Below, in pieces: positions 58,665 to 64,000 of a DNA stretch of 64,000 nt. Position 1 is the stretch's first letter; each line of letters begins with the position of its first letter. Source of the DNA: Fusobacteriota bacterium (GTDB lineage: Bacteria; Fusobacteriota; Fusobacteriia; JAPLKR01). Position numbers and translations under genes: made by a program. The DNA lies in NCBI GenBank assembly GCA_026387965.1, contig JAPLKR010000103.1:529-64528 (forward strand), read 5' to 3'. Below the pieces are notes generated by a model that did no database searches, was not told where the DNA came from, and saw nothing but the letters and a program-made list of their open reading frames with translations.

Positions 58665-59589
58665 TACAAAGCTCCTCTTTAAAACTATTTAGTAAGTCAT
58701 ATACTTCTTCTAAACTTCGCGCAACATTAACGGCTTGTTTTACAGTCGTAGCACCAGAAATACCCTTTAAATACCAACATATATGTTTACGCCCTTCTAA
58801 CAGAGCTTTCATATCCCCTTTATACTCGGATATAAGCTCTACATGACGTTTAGCCATGTCTATTCTTTCTGTCTTTAATACATCAGTAAATTTACCCGTT
58901 TCTTCAAACTCACGAATTTGAGAAATCAACCAAGGGTTACCAAAAATACCACGAGCTAGCATAATTCCATCCACTCCGCTCATCTCACTCTTCAAAATGG
59001 CGTGTTCAGGCATAAATATATCCCCATTTCCGATAATTGGTATATCCACTTGCTGTTTAATATTTTTGATAATCTCCCAATCGGCTATACCTGAATAGAG
59101 CTGCTCTCTAGTCCTTCCGTGTACAGTTACAAAAGAGAGATTATAATCCTGAGCCATTTGCACAAACGAAAGAGGTTCTTTGTGCTCTTTATACCCTATT
59201 CTAATTTTAATAGACAAATCCATTTTAGTGCCACTTCTAAGCGTAGAGACAATCTTCTCCGCTTGCTTAATATCTGAAAGTAGCGCTGATCCGTACCCAT
59301 TTTGAATGATTTTTTTCATAGGGCATCCCATGTTGATATCAAGATGTTTTACCCCACGTGACTCTATATATTGCGCAGCATCAAGCATAATTTTTTCATC
59401 TGAGCCAAAAATTTGAACACTCGGAGTATCGTCAAGGTTAAGAAGTTCCTCACACGTTTTTACGTTTCCCATAACAATCGCATTAGCGCTAACCATCTCT
59501 GTAAATATTCTATCTGGTAGAAACTCACCCAATATTTTTCTAAATGGATAATCTGTAACACCCGCAATAGGGGCTATCAATATTTTCAA
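58636..59589 (-). CDS. dusB: tRNA-dihydrouridine synthase (DusB-like).
   Basis: MKILIAPIAGVTDYPFR... is a Dus family start. 317 aa. Confidence 0.85.
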   Translation of the reverse strand: MKILIAPIAGVTDYPFRKILGEFLPDRIFTEMVSANAIVMGNVKTCEELLNLDDTPSVQIFGSDEKIMLDAAQYIESRGVKHLDINMGCPMKKIIQNGYGSALLSDIKQAEKIVSTLRSGTKMDLSIKIRIGYKEHKEPLSFVQMAQDYNLSFVTVHGRTREQLYSGIADWEIIKNIKQQVDIPIIGNGDIFMPEHAILKSEMSGVDGIMLARGIFGNPWLISQIREFEETGKFTDVLKTERIDMAKRHVELISEYKGDMKALLEGRKHICWYLKGISGATTVKQAVNVARSLEEVYDLLNSFKEELCNGYATHETI

Positions 59590-59744
59590 TTTATCTCCAA
59601 ATTTAAGACAAATTTCCCCAAGTTAATCACTTTCTGAAGTGCAAGTGATTATGTGGGGATTTTCTCTCACATAATTAATTAGTCAATTCTATAATTATAT
59701 TGTATCACAAAGCTTTTTAAAAGTTCAACTTAAAAACAATTGAA

Positions 59745-59773
59745 TTGACAATTTTTATACTTTTTTGTATAAT
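59745..59773 (+). promoter_or_regulatory. Sigma70 promoter: TTGACA, 17 nt, TATAAT (with upstream TG).
   Basis: ttgaca (59745-50), tataat (59768-73), then RBS GAGGAGGTG and ATG 59802. Confidence 0.7.
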
Positions 59774-59801
59774 TGAGAGTGAAATATGAGGAGGTGATAT
59801 A

Positions 59802-60518
59802 ATGTTTCGTTCAAGACAAAAATTTGGAATATCCATGATGAGCCAATATGCAAACGTAACTAATCCAGCAATAATGAAATTTATGGCAGCTACTTTTGGT
59901 TGGATGTTTATGGGTCTATTGTGTACAGCTCTATCAGCTTATATAGTCCTTTCTTCTTCTGAGCTTACCAATATGGTTGTAAAATCTTTTACACTCGTAA
60001 TCATTTTGCAATTTGCCATTGTAATTATTCTAGGATTTGCTTTTAATAAGCTCTCTGTCACTGCAGCACGTGGGCTATTTATTTTCTACTCACTTTTAAC
60101 AGGAGTTACACTTTCAATATTTGCGTTGATATTTACACCGTATTCAATCATTACTGCTTTGATTATCACTGCGGTTATATTTGGTGTAATGAGCTTATAT
60201 GGATATACGACTAAAGAAGATTTGTCGAAATTTAGGTCTCTTCTCATGATGGGCTTAATATTTATTGTTGTTGCATCACTTGTGAATATATTTCTTCACT
60301 CGCCGATGCTTTACTATGTTGTTAGTTATCTTGGTGTAATCGTATTCACTGCACTTATTGGATACGATGTTAATAGAATCAAATATATGGCCATTCAGTC
60401 ACAGTATAGTGACGCAGTGTCTCTGAAAAAATTGGCAATATTTGGTGCATTACAATTATACCTGGATTTTATTAACTTATTTATCTTCCTTCTCCAAATA
60501 TTTGGAAGAAGAAATTAG
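59802..60518 (+). CDS. Bax-inhibitor-1 / YccA family membrane protein.
   Basis: 7-TM protein, 238 aa, typical BI-1 layout. Confidence 0.75.
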   Translation: MFRSRQKFGISMMSQYANVTNPAIMKFMAATFGWMFMGLLCTALSAYIVLSSSELTNMVVKSFTLVIILQFAIVIILGFAFNKLSVTAARGLFIFYSLLTGVTLSIFALIFTPYSIITALIITAVIFGVMSLYGYTTKEDLSKFRSLLMMGLIFIVVASLVNIFLHSPMLYYVVSYLGVIVFTALIGYDVNRIKYMAIQSQYSDAVSLKKLAIFGALQLYLDFINLFIFLLQIFGRRN

Positions 60519-60531
60519 TATTTCAAAAACA

Positions 60532-60560
60532 TTGAAATTCTGATTTATTTATGGTACAAT
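60532..60560 (+). promoter_or_regulatory. Sigma70 promoter with extended -10: TTGAAA, 17 nt, TGgTACAAT.
   Basis: ttgaaa (60532-37) and tacaat (60555-60) preceded by tgg. Confidence 0.6.
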
Positions 60561-60607
60561 ATACTATAAAAACTATTTTATGAATTAACTTAAGGGAGGC
60601 TATTCAA

Positions 60608-60874
60608 TTGGCACATTCAAAATCAGCAAAAAAAAGAATAAGAACTAACGAGAAAAGTAAAGACAGAAACAAAAGTATTAAGAGCAGAGTTAAAACATTT
60701 ATCAAATCTTACGAAGCTAAACTAATCGCAGGAAATGCAGAAGAGGCTAAAGCATCTTTAGAAGCAGCTTGTAGAGAGATTGATAAATCAGTTTCTAAAG
60801 GGATTACTCATAGAAATACAGCAGCTAGAAAGAAATCTAGACTTACTGTTTCTTTCAACAAAGCTCAAGCTTAA
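60608..60874 (+). CDS. rpsT: 30S ribosomal protein S20.
   Basis: MAHSKSAKKRIRTNEKSKDRNKS... 88 aa. TTG start after AAGGGAGG. Confidence 0.9.
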   Translation: MAHSKSAKKRIRTNEKSKDRNKSIKSRVKTFIKSYEAKLIAGNAEEAKASLEAACREIDKSVSKGITHRNTAARKKSRLTVSFNKAQA

Positions 60875-60880
60875 GTAATA

Positions 60881-60924
60881 GAAAAAAAGCGTTACCATCA
60901 CAGTGATGGTAACGCTTTTTTTTC
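60881..60924. terminator. Bidirectional intrinsic terminator.
   Basis: aaaaaaAGCGTTACCATCAC-a-GTGATGGTAACGCTtttttttt: a 14-bp stem. Confidence 0.85.
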
Positions 60925-61298
60925 TATGCTCTCGAATGAATTCCGAAAGTGTTTCCTTCCGTGTCTTGGCAAATGGATACAAAACCATTATCACCAATTT
61001 CAAATTTTGTATGAATCACTTTTCCCCCAGCATTAACAACTCTTCCCTCTTCTGACTTACAATTTTCTGAGTCAAAATATACAATCGTTCCAGTTGCCGA
61101 AGGAGCCATGCATTTATGCTTAACTAAAGCACCTGCAGCACCATACTCCTTGCTATTTATCTCATGAGGAAAAATAGCCATCTCAACTTCATTTGCTGTA
61201 TACGGTATAAATTTAACATTTAATATCATCTCGTAAAACTTTATTGCTCTTTTCATATCACATACAGGAATTTCAAACCAACATACCATGTTTTTCAT
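60924..61298 (-). CDS. VOC/glyoxalase-family protein (PhnB-like).
   Basis: 124 aa. MKNMVCWFEIPVCDMKRAIKFYEMILNV... VOC fold. Confidence 0.6.
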   Translation of the reverse strand: MKNMVCWFEIPVCDMKRAIKFYEMILNVKFIPYTANEVEMAIFPHEINSKEYGAAGALVKHKCMAPSATGTIVYFDSENCKSEEGRVVNAGGKVIHTKFEIGDNGFVSICQDTEGNTFGIHSRA

Positions 61299-61362
61299 AT
61301 TAGGCCTCCTACAGTCTCAATATATTATTATAACATATATTTACATTTCTTTTCCTCAAAAA

Positions 61363-62904
61363 CTACTCACCTAGTGAAATTTTTCCACCTTTTTTATCTT
61401 TTACTAAGAAAAACACAATTGGAATCAAAACTACTGTCATGATAAAACACCACTGAAAACCATTTGCATAGGCTAAAGCATACGCTTGTTGTAATATTAA
61501 TTTTGATATTACATCCATAGATTGAACATAAGTAAGTCCTTTCGCTTGAAGTCCATGTAGTAGCTGCTGAAAGTTAGGATTGAAAGGATTAATGTGCTCT
61601 GTGAGGTAAAATTGGTGCTTTTGTGCCATTCTGGCTATAACCGTCTCAATGATAGCGATACCTAAGCTACCTCCCATACTTCTTGAAAGGTTAAGCATTC
61701 CTGACACATTATCATAATCCTCTTTGACAGTAATAAAAGCCATTGCCGCCATATTACATGGCATCATTATAAATCCAAATCCCATGGAGAGAATTACACG
61801 TGCATCAAAAGCGGTTGACGCCGACATGGTAGGGGAAAATTTTGTCATCATAAATACTGAAATTCCCGCCAAAACTATGCCAAATATCATGGTTTTTTTA
61901 AACCCAAATCGAATCACACCAAAAGCGACAAATGGCATAGAAAAAATCGAAAACAACCCCGCTTCAGAAAGGACTGTCCCCGCATCTTGAGCAGAAAATC
62001 CTAAAATAGACTGCAAATATTGTGGGATAATTAAGTTCACACCATAAATAAGTAGCCCCGCTACAAATATAACAATAACAGATGGCATAACATTTCTAAT
62101 TTTAAAAATAGAGAGTTTGAGTAGTGGTTTTGGACATTTAAGCTCCCACCATACTAATGCAATTAGTGATACTATCGAAGTCACACACAGCACTCTAATC
62201 TCTGTTGATTGAAACCAGTTATCCTCTTGACCGTTAGAGAGAAATATTTGCAGTGTCCCAAGTCCGATAATAAGAAGTGCTAACCCAATATAATCAATGG
62301 GAATTTTTTTACCTGATTTAATGGCACTTTCTCGATTATCTTGAAGAAAAAAGTAAACTAGTATTGCTCCGACTATGATAATTGGAAAATAAATAATGTA
62401 TATATCATGCCACTGATAGTTCGACGCAATATAACCCCCTAGCATTGGCCCTAATGCTGGCGCTGTAATGAGACCCATTGCAAATACTGCTTGTCCAATA
62501 CTTTTTAACTTCTCATTTCCTTCAAATGCCTCATAAATAATGGCTTGAGCTGGAGGCAGTAGTCCTGCACCTGAGAACCCTTGAATAATTCTACACAGTA
62601 AGAATATAAGGAAATTTGGCGCAAAGAAACACCCTACTGTTCCAATTCCAAATATAATAATATTGGCAAAAAAATAGTTTTTTCTACCAAAGATTTCAGA
62701 AAACCATCCCGATATTGGAAGTACAATGGCACTAGCAACAAGGTATGCTGTCAGCGTCCATGTACTATTTTGTGTAGTTACTCCATAAGAAGCCGCAATA
62801 TTGGGAAGAACAACATTTAATATCCCTGTATCAAGAAGTTCAAGACATGAGGGGAGCATAACAACAAGTACGACAACCCAAGGATTGATTTTTTTTCCAA
62901 CCAT
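61363..62904 (-). CDS. emrB: MFS transporter, DHA2 (EmrB/QacA) drug-efflux family.
   Basis: 513 aa, about 14 TM segments. Adjacent to the HlyD-family gene. Confidence 0.75.
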   Translation of the reverse strand: MVGKKINPWVVVLVVMLPSCLELLDTGILNVVLPNIAASYGVTTQNSTWTLTAYLVASAIVLPISGWFSEIFGRKNYFFANIIIFGIGTVGCFFAPNFLIFLLCRIIQGFSGAGLLPPAQAIIYEAFEGNEKLKSIGQAVFAMGLITAPALGPMLGGYIASNYQWHDIYIIYFPIIIVGAILVYFFLQDNRESAIKSGKKIPIDYIGLALLIIGLGTLQIFLSNGQEDNWFQSTEIRVLCVTSIVSLIALVWWELKCPKPLLKLSIFKIRNVMPSVIVIFVAGLLIYGVNLIIPQYLQSILGFSAQDAGTVLSEAGLFSIFSMPFVAFGVIRFGFKKTMIFGIVLAGISVFMMTKFSPTMSASTAFDARVILSMGFGFIMMPCNMAAMAFITVKEDYDNVSGMLNLSRSMGGSLGIAIIETVIARMAQKHQFYLTEHINPFNPNFQQLLHGLQAKGLTYVQSMDVISKLILQQAYALAYANGFQWCFIMTVVLIPIVFFLVKDKKGGKISLGE

Positions 62905-62912
62905 TTACGCTC

Positions 62913-64000
62913 CTAATTACTTGCTCCACTTACTGAAAAAGTCGATGCTTGATTTTGTGTCTCTGCTGAAATGACAGAAAACTGCTGATTAGCCGAAGTT
63001 ATCCCTGATTGATTTTGAGAACTTGTATTAACGTATACTTTAGCAACGACCGAAAGTCCAAGACCAATATGGTATTTTTGAATCAAACTCGGATCATCAA
63101 ATGTGATGTTAACAGGAACTCTTTGCACTACTTTAACAAAGTTCCCCGTGGCATTTTCTGGAGGAAGAAGGCTAAACACTGATCCTGTCCCCGCTTGTGT
63201 ACTTTGTACCGTGCCTTTAAATATAACTCCAGGTACAGCATCAAGAGTGATATCTACTTTATCACCTACTTTAATTTTCCCCATTTGAGTCTCTTTAAAG
63301 TTAGCACTAATCCACATCTGCGTTGTTACAAGCGCAAATATGGGAGACCCCGATTGTACAAAATCCCCGACTTGCACACTGCTCATAGTAATGTATCCTG
63401 AAAAAGGTGCGTATATATTAGTATACGATACATTTAAGTTTGCATTACTTAGCTGTGCTTGAAGGACTTTCACATTATCTTGCTGCGCTTGAAGATCGCT
63501 TTGCATCCCTTGAAGCGTCTTTTGTGCTACTTGAAGATTCGTCACTGCATTATCTACATCTTGCTGACTTACAGCATCTTGAATGCTAAGCTTTTCAAGC
63601 CTTGCAACTGTTTTTTCACTGTTTTTTACCGAGTCCCCTTGAGCTGAAATTTTAGCTTGAAGAGCCGCAACTTGTGCAGATGCCCCTGAGATTTGTGCTT
63701 GTACTGCTTGCACATTGGTCTTGTATCCACGTGAATCAATGGTTAAAAGGAGTTGACCTTTTTGAACATATTGATTATTTACAACACTGATGGATGTAAT
63801 ATGCCCCGATACATTTGAAGCAATATTTATTGGATTTCCACTAATGAAAGCATCATCTGTGGATTGGTATTTTGACATTTGTTTATACGCATACGCACCA
63901 AATAGTGCAATGATGACTATTACAACAATAAATATAATAAGTTTCTTTTTAGACTTTTTATGGGTCGTTTTTACTTCAGAAACACCCTCTTCATTTTTCT
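62913..64000 (-). CDS. emrA: HlyD/EmrA-family membrane fusion protein. The N-terminus runs off the window.
   Basis: Coiled-coil ...LQAKISAQGDSVKN...LQAQQDNVKVLQAQL... and C-terminal beta-barrel. The sequence 63879..64000 still encodes ...KKLIIFIVVIVIIALFGAYAYKQMSKY. Confidence 0.75.
   Translation of the reverse strand, partial: KNEEGVSEVKTTHKKSKKKLIIFIVVIVIIALFGAYAYKQMSKYQSTDDAFISGNPINIASNVSGHITSISVVNNQYVQKGQLLLTIDSRGYKTNVQAVQAQISGASAQVAALQAKISAQGDSVKNSEKTVARLEKLSIQDAVSQQDVDNAVTNLQVAQKTLQGMQSDLQAQQDNVKVLQAQLSNANLNVSYTNIYAPFSGYITMSSVQVGDFVQSGSPIFALVTTQMWISANFKETQMGKIKVGDKVDITLDAVPGVIFKGTVQSTQAGTGSVFSLLPPENATGNFVKVVQRVPVNITFDDPSLIQKYHIGLGLSVVAKVYVNTSSQNQSGITSANQQFSVISAETQNQASTFSVSGASN

Overview
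This is a 64-kb window from a low-GC (roughly 30%), AT-rich bacterial chromosome. The lineage cannot be assigned from sequence alone. The cell envelope is Gram-negative (diderm): the window carries LPS-export genes (lptB, lptF/lptG, two giant LptC/LptA-like proteins), two paralogous outer-membrane beta-barrel genes, a SurA/PrsA-like parvulin and a HlyD/EmrB efflux pair. The metabolism looks anaerobic: reverse rubrerythrin, iron-containing alcohol dehydrogenase, formate-tetrahydrofolate ligase.

Gene content in three blocks:
- 0-9.8 kb, minus strand: an HTH-EIIA regulator, fhs, a umuD/umuC translesion operon with a divergent PD-(D/E)XK nuclease, and a folC-DUF445-VOC-PL7 lyase operon.
- 9.9-19.2 kb, plus strand: an FAD oxidoreductase, three tandem SLT lytic-transglycosylase lipoproteins (the first with four LysM repeats), a COG2509 FAD dehydrogenase, a TIM-barrel protein, then a graveyard of pseudogenes (cellobiose-type PTS EIIC, NDP-sugar pyrophosphorylase remnant) and a SIS-domain protein.
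- 19.6-59.6 kb, almost all minus strand: a purine permease behind a guanine-type riboswitch, HIT, two OMP paralogs, rubrerythrin, a RhaT/ROK sugar operon with lipoproteins, trxB, Fe-ADH, SurA-like, an SNF2-SWIM helicase, then a 23-kb housekeeping array (dus, mutS, 2x LptC/A-like, lptB, alaS, ruvX, secDF, alr, cvpA, lptFG, M16 peptidase, dut, minDE, rodA/ftsW, rluA).
- The window ends with BI-1/YccA, rpsT, a VOC protein and an emrB/emrA-like pair.

Most notable observations: a textbook guanine riboswitch, two homopolymer frameshifts (Fe-ADH and the first giant Lpt protein), a silent truncated OMP paralog, and the pseudogene tract.

No CRISPR array, tRNA or rRNA gene, transposase, integrase or recognisable defence system was found.
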